A stretch of 64,000 nt of DNA from Abditibacterium sp. (GCA_965246885.1 OZ251992.1:2432001-2496000); one strand, 5' to 3'; positions 19,069-28,867 are shown, numbered from the stretch's first letter. The notes: generated from the sequence alone by a model not told the origin. Translations and numbers: made by a program.

Positions 19069-19503
19069 TTACAACTTGATGTCCACGATGGCGCTGACGC
19101 CCACACCGGGGACGCGGCGGATGTTGCTCAAACTGTTGGAATCAATGGGAATCAGGACGCGCGCTTGAATGGTGGAAAGCGCGCGCACTTGAGTTTGGAA
19201 CTGCGCGACGGCTTTGACTTTGTCCACTTGCTCGCGCGGGCCGGAAACTTGGACGATGCCAACGGCGCCGCGTGACCCCGCCGAAATAACGGCCACGACT
19301 TTGGTAATGGTGTTGGGGTCGTCCACTTTGTTTTGTCCGGTGATGCGGTTAAGCGCCGAGTTGATCTGGCCGCCGAACTGCTTGACGATGAGCGCCGCGC
19401 CTCCGATTTTGAGTAGCGCGCCGAGTTGGGCGCTGGCCGCGCCAGCGCCAAAAAGAAGTCCGCCCGCCAAAGCGAGGGCGGTTTTAGAAGTTTGAAGTTT
19501 CAT
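19069..19503 (-). CDS. Hypothetical exported protein
   Basis: Signal peptide MKLQTSKTALALAGGLLFGAGAASA; compact beta-rich domain. Confidence 0.8.
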   Translation of the reverse strand: MKLQTSKTALALAGGLLFGAGAASAQLGALLKIGGAALIVKQFGGQINSALNRITGQNKVDDPNTITKVVAVISAGSRGAVGIVQVSGPREQVDKVKAVAQFQTQVRALSTIQARVLIPIDSNSLSNIRRVPGVGVSAIVDIKL

Positions 19504-19599
19504 ACCAGTAGTTTGGCGTTCAAAGTCGGTGCCGGGTTCATTTTCGTCTTTTTTGCGGGCACACAGATAATTCTTCGCGCGACCCACATGAGAAATGCC

Positions 19600-19740
19600 A
19601 AGAATTAACTGCGCCATCGGAAGAAGTAGGCGCGCCACCGAAAAAATTAGGTGCGCCGATGGAAGAGTTAGCTAACTGACGCAAGAATTAAGCGCGCCAT
19701 CGGAAAAGCTAACTGCGCCATCGGAAGAATTAGGCCCTTT
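19600..19740. repeat. Degenerate 21-bp tandem array B (about 7 units)
   Basis: Consensus aagaattaactgcgccatcgg; one unit is 20 bp; inverted partial unit at about 19561-19575. Confidence 0.85.
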
Positions 19741-19742
19741 TG

Positions 19743-22283
19743 TCAGCCATTGGACAATGTGGCGAACAGAAGTAAGCCAAGCAGTAGCGCCGAGGCGACG
19801 GCGCCAAAGACAACGCGGCCCGCCGCGCGGCCCGTTGCGCTCAGCGCGCGCCCCACGCCCCACGCCAAGCCGAGCGCGGCGCCCAGCATCGCCCACACGA
19901 GTGGCGCGTTCCCCAAAGCGAGCGCGCCGAACTTGCCGCCGAGGGCACGCGCGACGGGATACAAGAGCCAATCGCCCGCGCTCCAGAGCGTCCAATGAAG
20001 CAGTTCGGTCGCCAAGTAGCCCCCGAAGGCGCCCAGAGCCAGACCGACCATCGGCAAGGTTTGCAGCATGGAATCATCGGAGCCTTTGAGCAATCCGGCG
20101 CGCTCGCGGGAGGGAATCTTGCGCTCGCGGCGCGCGAGCAGGAGGCCGCCGTAACCGCCAAAGCCACTACCGACCAGAAGCGGGCCAAGACCGCGAAAAT
20201 CCAGCCCGGCCAAGGTGCGCCCGCCGTTCTCCCACAGCCATTTGGTGGTGTATGCGGGGTTAACGAGACCATAAAAAGCGCGCACCCCCGCGCCAATGAG
20301 CGCGCCGTAAAGAAGGGATAGCAAGACCAGTTCGGCCAATTGGCGCGGCGGCAAGACGATGCGGTAGCGCACCGGAACGCGCAAGCGTCCGCCGTTGGTG
20401 TCTATTTGCAGTAGCCCTTCGTAGAAGCGCGCGACGGCGGCGGAACTGGAAGCGTCCACGCTCAGGGTGATGGGTTCGCTGCCCTCGAAGCGTTCAGGCG
20501 CGGTCAAGATGCCCAAACTCGGCCCAACATACACGGCGCCGCGCGGCGTGCCACCGGACGCGCGCTTGGGTTGCACGCGCACCGTCGCTTCGGCGCGGCG
20601 CCCGACGAGAACGGAGCCGAAATCCACTTCGGCGGGGGCGGCTTCGAGTTCAAGGGGCACGACCGAGTACGAGACGGGCAAGCGATGCGCGCCCGCGTCG
20701 GTCTCGAACAAGACAAAGCCAGCATAGGCCCCGACCGCGACGCGCGCGGTGTCGAGTTCGAGCGCGAGTTCCACATCGTTGCCCGCCCAACTGGGGGGCA
20801 CGACCAAACCGGGCAGAGACGCTTCCGCTTCGCCTATCCCGCCCGCCAGAATATCTTTGACCGCGAAGGCGAGCGCGCTTTGACCGGGGCGGGCTTTGGG
20901 GGGAACGCTGATAATCCCCCACAACAGCCCCGGCCCGACGTTACGGAGGCGCACGTCCAACTTCGCTTTGGCGCCGGAATCGAGAGCGCCGAAGTTGAGG
21001 GCGTCGGGTTCGATGTCGAGGCGCGGCAAAACGTTGGTGGTGCCGGTCGGATAAAGCGCGCGGCGCAGCAGTTCGAGGGCGCGGTCGGGTTGCTCGGCGT
21101 GCGACTTGACCAGCCCCATCGCCACGCGCGCGGGGTTGGCGAAGCCGTTTTGCAACAGCCATGACCCCAAGCTGCCGTTGAAGAGATACGTCTTTGATTC
21201 GTCGCCGTGCGTGTCGAAAAGCAGCGCCAGTTCGCTCGCGGTGCGCGCTTTCGCGCCGTCGGCGAAGGTGAAGGCAGGGGCGCCGGTCGCGCCCATGTCG
21301 GGCGCGAGGATGGCGTGGAGGTCGGCGAGGAGTTCGTCTATCGTCTGAAAGCGCGCCGCGAGGTCGCTTTGCGTGGCCTTGGCAATCAACAGTTCCGTTT
21401 CGGGCGAAACGAGCGAATTGAAAAAGCGCGGCGAGTGCGCGCGCAGTTCGCGGAGTTGCTCGGCGTCCTGCGGGTCGCGGCCACTGAGCAGGCGGTAAAG
21501 AGTCATGCCGAGCGCGTAGATGTCGGAGCGCTTTTCGGGGTGGTCGCGCTCTTGCGGGGTGTCGGGCGCATATCCCAGAGTTCCGAAACGCGAAGTGCCA
21601 CTGATGGCGACCGTGCCGTAGCCCCCCGCTTCGCCGACTTTTTTGGTCAACCCGAAGTCGAGAAGCACGGCGTTTTCGTCGTCACCCCGGATTTTGATGT
21701 TGTCGGGCTTGATGTCGCGGTGGATGGTGCCGACACGGTGCAACGTGCGGACGGCGGACGCGATTTGCCCGATCCACGTCAGGGCGCGCTTTTCCTCTAA
21801 CGGCACGCCGCCATTGTGGGCCGCGACTGCTTCCAAAGTCGGGCCGTCCACGAAGTCCATCATGAGGTAGTAGCGCGCCTCGACCAGAAGCAACGCCGCG
21901 CCATGTTCGGGACAAAAGCGCGCGCCCTCGCCCCAGTCCAAACCACAGACGGGACAGACGTGCCACGCGCCGGTTTCTTGGTCGAAGTAAGCGGCGGGGA
22001 TGTTCGGGTGGCGGATGGTAGCGAGGTTCAGCGCCTCGCGGCGGAACAATTCAAGTGCGCTTTGTCGTTCGTCTCCCGCCGTATCAGGGCGCGACAGGAC
22101 GTGCATTTCCTTGGCGGCGAGCGTATTGCCGACGGCGGAGTCGAAGACGCGGTATACACTCCCGAAGTTGCCGCCGCCGAGTGCGTCCAGCACATCGTAG
22201 CGGTCTTTGATGCGGTCGCCGACGCGATGCTTGAGGGGAGCAATTGGGTTTAGCGCGGTGCCGGACGGCGGGGGAATCGTCAC
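19743..22283 (-). CDS. Membrane-anchored Hanks-type Ser/Thr protein kinase
   Basis: GGGNFGSV, AAKE, HRDIKPDN, DFG, SDIYALG; inserted CPVC..CPEH; Ig-like repeats; C-terminal TM helices; GTG start after TAAACT. Confidence 0.92.
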   Translation of the reverse strand: MTIPPPSGTALNPIAPLKHRVGDRIKDRYDVLDALGGGNFGSVYRVFDSAVGNTLAAKEMHVLSRPDTAGDERQSALELFRREALNLATIRHPNIPAAYFDQETGAWHVCPVCGLDWGEGARFCPEHGAALLLVEARYYLMMDFVDGPTLEAVAAHNGGVPLEEKRALTWIGQIASAVRTLHRVGTIHRDIKPDNIKIRGDDENAVLLDFGLTKKVGEAGGYGTVAISGTSRFGTLGYAPDTPQERDHPEKRSDIYALGMTLYRLLSGRDPQDAEQLRELRAHSPRFFNSLVSPETELLIAKATQSDLAARFQTIDELLADLHAILAPDMGATGAPAFTFADGAKARTASELALLFDTHGDESKTYLFNGSLGSWLLQNGFANPARVAMGLVKSHAEQPDRALELLRRALYPTGTTNVLPRLDIEPDALNFGALDSGAKAKLDVRLRNVGPGLLWGIISVPPKARPGQSALAFAVKDILAGGIGEAEASLPGLVVPPSWAGNDVELALELDTARVAVGAYAGFVLFETDAGAHRLPVSYSVVPLELEAAPAEVDFGSVLVGRRAEATVRVQPKRASGGTPRGAVYVGPSLGILTAPERFEGSEPITLSVDASSSAAVARFYEGLLQIDTNGGRLRVPVRYRIVLPPRQLAELVLLSLLYGALIGAGVRAFYGLVNPAYTTKWLWENGGRTLAGLDFRGLGPLLVGSGFGGYGGLLLARRERKIPSRERAGLLKGSDDSMLQTLPMVGLALGAFGGYLATELLHWTLWSAGDWLLYPVARALGGKFGALALGNAPLVWAMLGAALGLAWGVGRALSATGRAAGRVVFGAVASALLLGLLLFATLSNG

Positions 22284-22316
22284 AAGAGGGAGTTTAGAAT
22301 CCCAAGGAAGCCGACT

Positions 22317-22649
22317 TTGTCCGACCAACCCCAGTTCTTGCCCGCCGAACCCGCTTCCGCGCCTGCCGAAGACGCGGCCCCAGCGCCGCGCCCACCCGCC
22401 CCGCCGCTCCCGTCCTCGCCGTTGGAGCGCGCCCAGTTGGAATCAGAGGGCAAACTTCCGACACAAACCGCCGAAGACGACCGCACGACGATGGTGGCGT
22501 TCGGCCTCTTGTTCGTGGTGCCACTGCTGATTATCATCCTGTCGCTCGTGTTCCTGCTCCCATTCATCAACGCGCAAATCAACCGCGACCAAAACCCCGG
22601 CGGCGCGGTCACGCAATCCGCTCCGAACGGACAAACGCCGACGCGGTGA
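22317..22649 (+). CDS. Hypothetical single-pass membrane protein
   Basis: Pro-rich N-terminus and one long hydrophobic helix. Confidence 0.65.
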   Translation: MSDQPQFLPAEPASAPAEDAAPAPRPPAPPLPSSPLERAQLESEGKLPTQTAEDDRTTMVAFGLLFVVPLLIIILSLVFLLPFINAQINRDQNPGGAVTQSAPNGQTPTR

Positions 22650-22663
22650 GGAGTGTTGAAGCG

Positions 22664-23617
22664 ATGCCAAAGAAAGGGGACACTTTGCCTATGACCTGCC
22701 CCCTTTGCCATTTGGTCAACTCGCCGCTCTCGCTCGATGTCTGCTCGCGTTGCGGCGCACTTTTGCGCGGTAGCGGAACTGGGGCCGCCCCTGCGGACGG
22801 AGCGCCGCGCTTGGGCGTCGCTCCGTCGCCAACTCCGCGCCCGCGTCGTCTCCTGTCGCGCCTCAACCGGCTTTCCAATCTCACGATTTGGCTGGGCGCC
22901 GCGCTGTTGGGTACAGGCACGGGCTTTTTGGTGCGGTGGGGTCAACAAGTGTTCTCCCCTGCGTCAAGTCCTTTAACTGTTGCTGCCGCGCCGATGCCAA
23001 TCCCGATGAGTCCACTCCAAGGTCAAGTCGCACCGCGCTCGTTTCCACAAGCCATACCGGAGCAATATCGAACCGGCTCACGATTGCGGCCAAAGCCGCT
23101 CGAAACCCTTCCAGAAATGCCGCCCCTTGCGGTGCTTCGCCCGGCGAAAGATGTTGATGTACCGCTACGAGATTATGCGCCCAATAAAATCTCGTTGCGG
23201 TTAAGTGAAGTGCATCCAGTTTCCCGTGCAGTGCGCTTAGAAATCACCGCACGCTACAATGAGTGGAAGCAACGTCAGACCGACGGCACAAACCAGCTTG
23301 AAAGCCTTATCGACTTCTACGCACCGGGGTCTCGTATTTTTCGGGTTCCAGACAAGGCAATATCGCGTGACGATTTGCGCCAGCTTTCCATCCGCACACG
23401 GCAGATGGGCATATTCACCTCCGCGCGTGACCAGAAGCCATTGGAGTGGGCGCAGAACGCGGCGGGCGACCGCGTGGAACTGCTCGCGTTTCATTGCTAC
23501 GGCGACGACGGCGGCAATTTGCTAAGCGGGCAACGCCTTTTGACATGGCGGAGAAGCGGTGGGAAATGGCTTATCGTCCGCGACGACTTCCCGCCGCGTT
23601 ATTTTGTCTCCAAATGA
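22664..23617 (+). CDS. Zinc-ribbon + TM + NTF2-like C-terminal domain protein
   Basis: CPLC..CSRC, TM helix, Pro-rich linker, C-terminal LTWRRSGGKWLIV. Confidence 0.7.
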   Translation: MPKKGDTLPMTCPLCHLVNSPLSLDVCSRCGALLRGSGTGAAPADGAPRLGVAPSPTPRPRRLLSRLNRLSNLTIWLGAALLGTGTGFLVRWGQQVFSPASSPLTVAAAPMPIPMSPLQGQVAPRSFPQAIPEQYRTGSRLRPKPLETLPEMPPLAVLRPAKDVDVPLRDYAPNKISLRLSEVHPVSRAVRLEITARYNEWKQRQTDGTNQLESLIDFYAPGSRIFRVPDKAISRDDLRQLSIRTRQMGIFTSARDQKPLEWAQNAAGDRVELLAFHCYGDDGGNLLSGQRLLTWRRSGGKWLIVRDDFPPRYFVSK

Positions 23618-23654
23618 ACAACGGCCCACACTCCAGAGAGTGTGGGCCGTTGTT
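23617..23654. terminator. Bidirectional terminator hairpin
   Basis: aacaacggcccacactc-caga-gagtgtgggccgttgtt between convergent genes. Confidence 0.8.
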
Positions 23655-23668
23655 GTAGTGCGTTGCAA

Positions 23669-23980
23669 CTACGCGGTTTGAGAAGCGACCGGAGCCGCCT
23701 CAACGGTTTCCGCCGCGACGACGGGGTAGACCGAGATTTTCTTGCCGGTGGCGCGGGCGCGGGCATAGGGTTCAAAGGTGACTTTGCCTTCGACCATAGC
23801 GAAGAGCGTGTCGTCCGAGCCGATGCCGACGTTGTTGCCGGGGTGATATTTCGTGCCGCGTTGACGGACGATGATGCAACCGGCGGTGACGAGTTCGCCG
23901 CCGAAACGCTTGATGCCTAACCGTTGGGAGTTGGAATCGCGCCCGTTGCGCGAACTGCCCATGCCTTTTTTGTGTGCCAT
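23669..23980 (-). CDS. rpmA: 50S ribosomal protein L27
   Basis: [22 protein letters not shown]...IIVRQRGT. Confidence 0.98.
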   Translation of the reverse strand: MAHKKGMGSSRNGRDSNSQRLGIKRFGGELVTAGCIIVRQRGTKYHPGNNVGIGSDDTLFAMVEGKVTFEPYARARATGKKISVYPVVAAETVEAAPVASQTA

Positions 23981-24001
23981 TGTGGTGAGTCTCCTTGGGT
24001 T

Positions 24002-24313
24002 TTACGCTGTGATGGAGTCAATCTTGAGCAGCGTTTGGTGCGCGCGCGCACCAATGCGGCGGCGGTAGTTCTTCTTGGCCTTGTATTTGAAGACGCGAAT
24101 CTTCTTGCCCTTTTGGTGGCGAACGACGGTTGCGGCGACGGATGCGCCCGCAACGGTGGGGGCGCCGACTTGCACCTGCGCGCCGTCGCCGACCATCAAA
24201 ACTTCGACGCCCTCGACGGACGCGCCCACTTCGGTGTCGAGTTGGTCAACCAGAACCTGTGTCCCGGTTTCGACGCGATACTGTTTGCCGCTCACGCGGA
24301 TGATTGCGAACAT
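24002..24313 (-). CDS. rplU: 50S ribosomal protein L21
   Basis: MFAIIRVSGKQYRV...KIRVFKYKAKKNYRR. Confidence 0.98.
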   Translation of the reverse strand: MFAIIRVSGKQYRVETGTQVLVDQLDTEVGASVEGVEVLMVGDGAQVQVGAPTVAGASVAATVVRHQKGKKIRVFKYKAKKNYRRRIGARAHQTLLKIDSITA

Positions 24314-24345
24314 GATTGTCTCTGCCTTTGGAAAAAGCCCCGGAT

Positions 24346-24375
24346 ATATTAGCAGATTTGCGCGGGGTCGGTCAA
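24346..24375 (-). promoter_or_regulatory. Sigma-70 promoter of rplU-rpmA
   Basis: TTGACC-N18-TAATAT with extended TGn. Confidence 0.55.
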
Positions 24376-24743
24376 CGAACGTGGGCGCGGAAAAAAGTTT
24401 CGAGCACGTCGCGCGTCATTTCGCCGGAAGCGATTCGGAGGAAGATGCTAATCACATCGTCTTCGGACAAGTCATGTTGCACGCCGTTGAGTTCAAGGAA
24501 AATCAGCATCGAACCGGCGGCAACGCGCTTGTTTCCATCTATGAAAGCGTGCGCTTGGCATAAATGGAAGCCGTAAGTCGCCGCACAAATAACCGCGTCG
24601 GCGTCCTCGTAGTAGTGGCGGTTTTCGGCGGCAGCTATGGCCGACTCAAAGGCGCCGTCATCGCGCAAGCCATGCGCACCGCCAAAACGTTCGATGTTCG
24701 CGTGCTGCATAAAGGCGACCTGTTCTTTGGAAAGAAAGATCAT
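24372..24743 (-). CDS. doc: Death-on-curing (Doc/Fic) toxin
   Basis: HAFIDGNKR Doc motif; GLRD.G..ESA. Confidence 0.92.
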   Translation of the reverse strand: MIFLSKEQVAFMQHANIERFGGAHGLRDDGAFESAIAAAENRHYYEDADAVICAATYGFHLCQAHAFIDGNKRVAAGSMLIFLELNGVQHDLSEDDVISIFLRIASGEMTRDVLETFFRAHVR

Positions 24744-24952
24744 TTGGCGCCCTCGGCCAGCACCTCGAAAGACTTCTGGTAGCGGTCAAACACGCGGTTC
24801 ATCACGGCCTCGAACTCAGCATCAGAAACTCCCTCTTTGGAGGCAGTCTCGACCATCGTCTCCAGCCATTGTTCGGGAGTGGCCCCGTTCGATTTGGCTT
24901 TCTCTTCAACCTTGCGGGCCGTTTCCGGCTTCAAATTCAACACGTAAGTCAT
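24740..24952 (-). CDS. Putative antitoxin (70 aa)
   Basis: Small acidic ORF with ATGA overlap to doc; RHH-like N-terminus; C-terminal [10 protein letters not shown] resembles Phd-type neutralising helices. Confidence 0.8.
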   Translation of the reverse strand: MTYVLNLKPETARKVEEKAKSNGATPEQWLETMVETASKEGVSDAEFEAVMNRVFDRYQKSFEVLAEGAK

Positions 24953-24979
24953 TTTGTTCACCTCTTTGGGCAGGGGGAG

Positions 24980-25008
24980 TTTACCCGGCGCCTGAAGTGT
25001 GCTAAGAT
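24980..25008 (+). promoter_or_regulatory. Sigma-70 promoter of rpsB-tsf
   Basis: TTTACC-N17-TAAGAT with extended TGn. Confidence 0.5.
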
Positions 25009-25111
25009 ATTCCCGGTTTTTTCCCACCAAATCCAATTCGCCGCGCCTTTGGGTGGCCCATCTCCTTGGGTCGCATCGCAGCGAATGGGAATAACCCAAA
25101 GGACACCAACT

Positions 25112-26218
25112 ATGCCAGTCGCATCCATGAAAGATTTGCTCGAAGCCGGAGTGCACTTCGGGCACCACACGCGCAAGTGGAATCCAAAAATGAAGCCGTA
25201 TATCTACGGCGCGCGCAACGATATTTACATTATCGACCTGCACAAGACCCGCAAGGAACTCGAAAAGACCTACGAAAGCGTCCGCCAACTGGCGTTTCAG
25301 GGCAAGAAGTTCCTTTTTGTCGGCACCAAGAAACAAGCGCAAGACCCCATCCGCGAAGCGGCGGAAGAATCGGAGCAGTTCTTCGTCAACCATCGCTGGC
25401 TCGGCGGAATGCTCACCAACTGGAACACCGTTCAGCTTCGCATTGACCGCCTCAACCAGATTGACCGCATGATCGAGGACGGCACGCTCGCCAAGCTGGT
25501 CAAGAAGGAACAGGGCCGCGTGATGGAAGAGCGCACTAAGCTGGACAACACGCTCGGCGGCATTCGCACCATGAACGGTTTGCCCGATGTCCTCGTCATC
25601 ATTGACTGCCGCAAAGAGCAGATCGCCATCAAAGAAGCGCGCAAACTGGAAATCCCCATCGTCGCCGTCGTGGACACCAACTGCGACCCCGACGAGATTG
25701 ACTACGTGATTCCCGGCAACGACGACGCCATCCGCGCCGTGAAACTCATGGCGAGCCAAATGGCCGAGGCCATCAACGAAGGCCGCACCATGCGCCAAAG
25801 CGTGATGGAAGAGCGCGCTGGACAACTCGGTCAGCAAGCGGCGGCAGTGTCGTTTGGCGGCGGACAGATTGACTTCGTCGGCGCCACCGACGTGCAGTTC
25901 GCGCCCGTTTCCAATGACGAGGACGACGACGTGTTCGAGTCCGAAATGGCGAAGAACTTCGACGTGTCCTCGCGCGCCAAAGCCGGTCTCGACGTTTTGA
26001 GCGAAGACGCCAACCTCGCGTCCGACCTCGATGCGCAAGGCGCCGACATGAACGTGCAAACCACGACCGGCCAATCGTTCGTCCGCAACAACAGTGGCGG
26101 CGCCGACGTTGCCGTGAGCGGACGTAACCAAGACGCGGGCAACCTCGAAGCGACCGACGCCGACAATCGCGGCGGCGCGGCAGACCAAGAAGTCAACAAG
26201 GCGCTCGCAGGAGCGTAG
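25112..26218 (+). CDS. rpsB: 30S ribosomal protein S2 with long acidic C-terminal extension
   Basis: [36 protein letters not shown]. Confidence 0.97.
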   Translation: MPVASMKDLLEAGVHFGHHTRKWNPKMKPYIYGARNDIYIIDLHKTRKELEKTYESVRQLAFQGKKFLFVGTKKQAQDPIREAAEESEQFFVNHRWLGGMLTNWNTVQLRIDRLNQIDRMIEDGTLAKLVKKEQGRVMEERTKLDNTLGGIRTMNGLPDVLVIIDCRKEQIAIKEARKLEIPIVAVVDTNCDPDEIDYVIPGNDDAIRAVKLMASQMAEAINEGRTMRQSVMEERAGQLGQQAAAVSFGGGQIDFVGATDVQFAPVSNDEDDDVFESEMAKNFDVSSRAKAGLDVLSEDANLASDLDAQGADMNVQTTTGQSFVRNNSGGADVAVSGRNQDAGNLEATDADNRGGAADQEVNKALAGA

Positions 26219-26227
26219 GAGAAAACA

Positions 26228-27076
26228 ATGGCAACAATCAACGCGGCAGAAGTGAAGCAACTGCGCGACATCACCGGCGCAGGCATGATGGACTGCAAAA
26301 AGGCGCTCATCGAGACGAACGGCGACATCGAAGCCGCCGTCACCTATTTGCGCGAGAAGGGCATCGCGGGCGCGGCCAAGAAATCCGAGCGCGCCGCCAA
26401 CGAGGGCGCGATTGGCGTCTACATCACCGAAGACGGCGCATCGGGCGCGCTGATTGAAGTCGGTTGCGAGACCGATTTCGTCGGCAAGAACGAGACTTTC
26501 CGCGAACTGGTCGCGGAGTTGGCGCGCAACGCGGCGCTGTTCGGCTCGGCTGACATCGAGGCGCTGATGGGAGCCAAAACGCTCAACGACGACAACAAAA
26601 CCGTTCTCGAAATGGTCGCCGATGGCATCGCCACGCTGAAAGAGAACATCGTCGTCAAGCGTATCGCCCTGCTCGCCGCCCAAAACGGCGTGATCGGCTC
26701 CTACGTTCACTCGGACGGGCGCAAAGGCGCCCTCGTCGTCGCCGAAGGCGCCACGACCGAAGAAGCGAAGGTCGCTGCGCGCGAAGTAGCGATGCAAGCC
26801 GTCGCGTTGCGCGCGCCGTATCTCGACCGCGCGAGCGTCCCGCCGCACGTCATCGAAGCCGAGAAAGCCATCTACCGCGCGCAAGCCGCCGAAGAAGGCA
26901 AGCCCGAAGCGATGCAAGACAAAATCGCCGAGGGGCGGTTGGGCAAATACTACAAAGAGAACACCCTGACCGAACAAGCGTTCATCAAGGACGACAAGCA
27001 ATCCGTCGCCCAAGTCGCCAAAGCCGTCGGCGCCACCATTGACAACTTCATCCGCTTTGAAGTTGGCCAAGCGTAA
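26228..27076 (+). CDS. tsf: Elongation factor Ts
   Basis: VKQLRDITGAGMMDCKKAL, ETDFV. Confidence 0.97.
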   Translation: MATINAAEVKQLRDITGAGMMDCKKALIETNGDIEAAVTYLREKGIAGAAKKSERAANEGAIGVYITEDGASGALIEVGCETDFVGKNETFRELVAELARNAALFGSADIEALMGAKTLNDDNKTVLEMVADGIATLKENIVVKRIALLAAQNGVIGSYVHSDGRKGALVVAEGATTEEAKVAAREVAMQAVALRAPYLDRASVPPHVIEAEKAIYRAQAAEEGKPEAMQDKIAEGRLGKYYKENTLTEQAFIKDDKQSVAQVAKAVGATIDNFIRFEVGQA

Positions 27077-27093
27077 GGTGTGCGGAGAACAAC

Positions 27094-27130
27094 AACGCCC
27101 ACCCTGTCGGAAGATGGGGCGGGCGTTTCT
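27094..27130 (+). terminator. Terminator of rpsB-tsf
   Basis: aacgcccaccctgtc-ggaa-gatggggcgggcgtt followed by tct. Confidence 0.7.
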
Positions 27131-27138
27131 GCTTGGAC

Positions 27139-27283
27139 GTTCCCGGCCATGAATGACCGGGCTACACGAGCGCTTCGCGCTCCACAGGCCACCTTCGTGG
27201 CCACCACAAACTGCGACTTGCCCGCGAAGGCGGGTAGTGGTTGGCGTAGCCAACGCGTAGCCCGGTGCTTTAGCGCCGGGAAC
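27139..27283. repeat. Inverted pair of GTAG-type REPs enclosing four small hairpins
   Basis: gttcccggccatgaatgaccgggCTAC ... GTAGcccggtgctttagcgccgggaac. Confidence 0.8.
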
Positions 27284-27289
27284 TCAGTG

Positions 27290-27505
27290 CTACTCAACCG
27301 GGAACTCCAACGACTCCCACAACCAAGGAAGCCCCTGCTTCTCAAGTAGCGCGTCCAAAGTCTTGTAAGTAGCTTGGCTAACTTCCTCCCCCACGAACCA
27401 GTAGGCCTCGCACTCCGGGCACAGCATGATGTGGATGTCAGTGCCTTTGAGCTTCGCGGGAACTACCCAATCTTGCCCGCATCGGGGGCAGGCTTGTCGT
27501 TTCAT
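27290..27505 (-). CDS. Small zinc-ribbon protein
   Basis: CPRC...CPEC, 71 aa, downstream of lysA. Confidence 0.75.
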   Translation of the reverse strand: MKRQACPRCGQDWVVPAKLKGTDIHIMLCPECEAYWFVGEEVSQATYKTLDALLEKQGLPWLWESLEFPVE

Positions 27506-27535
27506 AGGATTGATTGCGCGCCTTTCAAAGCACGC

Positions 27536-28867
27536 TCACACCTTCGCCCCATCTTTGGCCACCAAGCGCGCGGGCAACAGGTCGTGCGCTAAGACATCTT
27601 CGAGCGTTTCGCGTTCGATGATTAAATCGGATTCGCCGTCGGCGACTAAGACGACGGCGGGGCGGCGGAAGCGGTTGTAGTTGCTGGCCATCGCGTAGTT
27701 GTAGGCGCCCGTCGCATAGACCGCCACGATGTCGCCGCGCGTTGGGCTGGCCAAATCCGCTTCTTCGATCAAAACGTCCGTTTCGCAGTGCTTGCCCGCG
27801 ACGGCGACGCGGTCGGACTGCGGTTCGTCGGCGCGGCTGGCGTTGAGGACGAAGTATTTGGCTTCGTAAAGCGCGGGGCGCGGGTTGTCGGACAGGCCGC
27901 CGTCAACGGAAACATACGTCCGCACGCCGGGAATGCGCTTGATGGTGCCGACGCGATAGAGCGTCGTGCCCGCTTCGCCGACCAAGGAGCGGCCCGGCTC
28001 GACGGCCAAATGCGGCAGGGCGAGGCCGAATTTATCTAAGCCCGCGCGCACGGTTTGCACAAGGGTCGCGGCGTATTCCTCCATCGGGGGCGGCGTTTGT
28101 TCGGGCAAGTAGCGCACGCCCAGCCCGCCGCCCAAATCGAGTTGCTCGAATTCGACGCCCAGTTCGTCGCGCACAAGTGCCAGAAACTCCACCATGATGG
28201 TAGCAGCGAGGGTGAAGAAGGGCGCATCCAGAATTTGCGAGCCGATGTGACAGCCCACGCCGAGCAGTTCGAGGTTTTCCTTCTGGAGCGCGGTTTCGAC
28301 GGCGCGGCGGGCGCTTCCCCCGTCTATGTTGAAGCCGAACTTGGTGTCAATGCGGCCCGTTTGGATGAGGCGGTGCGTGTGCGCGTCCACGCGCGGGGTA
28401 AGCCGCAACATGATGGCTTGGCGCACGCCCGCTTCGCCCGCGATGCGGTCAAGCATTTCCAACTCGTCGAAGTTGTCCACGATGACGCGCCCGATTTTGG
28501 CGCGAACCGCCATTTCCAACTCTTCAGCCGACTTGTTGTTGCCGTGAAAGACGATGCGCTCGGCGGGAAAGTCGGCGCGCAGCGCCGTGAGCAGTTCGCC
28601 CGCCGACGCGACATCTATCCACAGCCCTTCTTGCGCGGCGATGCGCGCAATGGCAACGCACGGAAACGCTTTACTGGCGTAGATGATGTGGCAGGGCGCG
28701 CCTTGCGCCTCAAAAGCGGCTTTCATGGCGCGCATTTGGGCGCGGATGTGCGCCTCGTCCATGACAAACAAGGGCGTGCCGTATTCGCGCGCCAAATCGG
28801 TCGCGTCGCAACCGCCAATTTCTAAGTGTCCCCGCTCGTTAACGCGGTGTGTGCCCAATAAAAACAT
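27536..28867 (-). CDS. lysA: Diaminopimelate decarboxylase
   Basis: YASKA (PLP Lys), HIGSQ, DLGGG, EPGRS, HCETD, GAYNYAMASNYNR. Confidence 0.96.
   Translation of the reverse strand: MFLLGTHRVNERGHLEIGGCDATDLAREYGTPLFVMDEAHIRAQMRAMKAAFEAQGAPCHIIYASKAFPCVAIARIAAQEGLWIDVASAGELLTALRADFPAERIVFHGNNKSAEELEMAVRAKIGRVIVDNFDELEMLDRIAGEAGVRQAIMLRLTPRVDAHTHRLIQTGRIDTKFGFNIDGGSARRAVETALQKENLELLGVGCHIGSQILDAPFFTLAATIMVEFLALVRDELGVEFEQLDLGGGLGVRYLPEQTPPPMEEYAATLVQTVRAGLDKFGLALPHLAVEPGRSLVGEAGTTLYRVGTIKRIPGVRTYVSVDGGLSDNPRPALYEAKYFVLNASRADEPQSDRVAVAGKHCETDVLIEEADLASPTRGDIVAVYATGAYNYAMASNYNRFRRPAVVLVADGESDLIIERETLEDVLAHDLLPARLVAKDGAKV

Noticed and set aside
25030..25111. S2 autoregulatory leader RNA
   Set aside because: Plausible by position, but I could not match conserved elements by eye; needs an Infernal search
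24953..27253. 837-aa minus-strand ORF
   Set aside because: Antisense shadow of rpsB-tsf; only its last 70 codons (the antitoxin) look real
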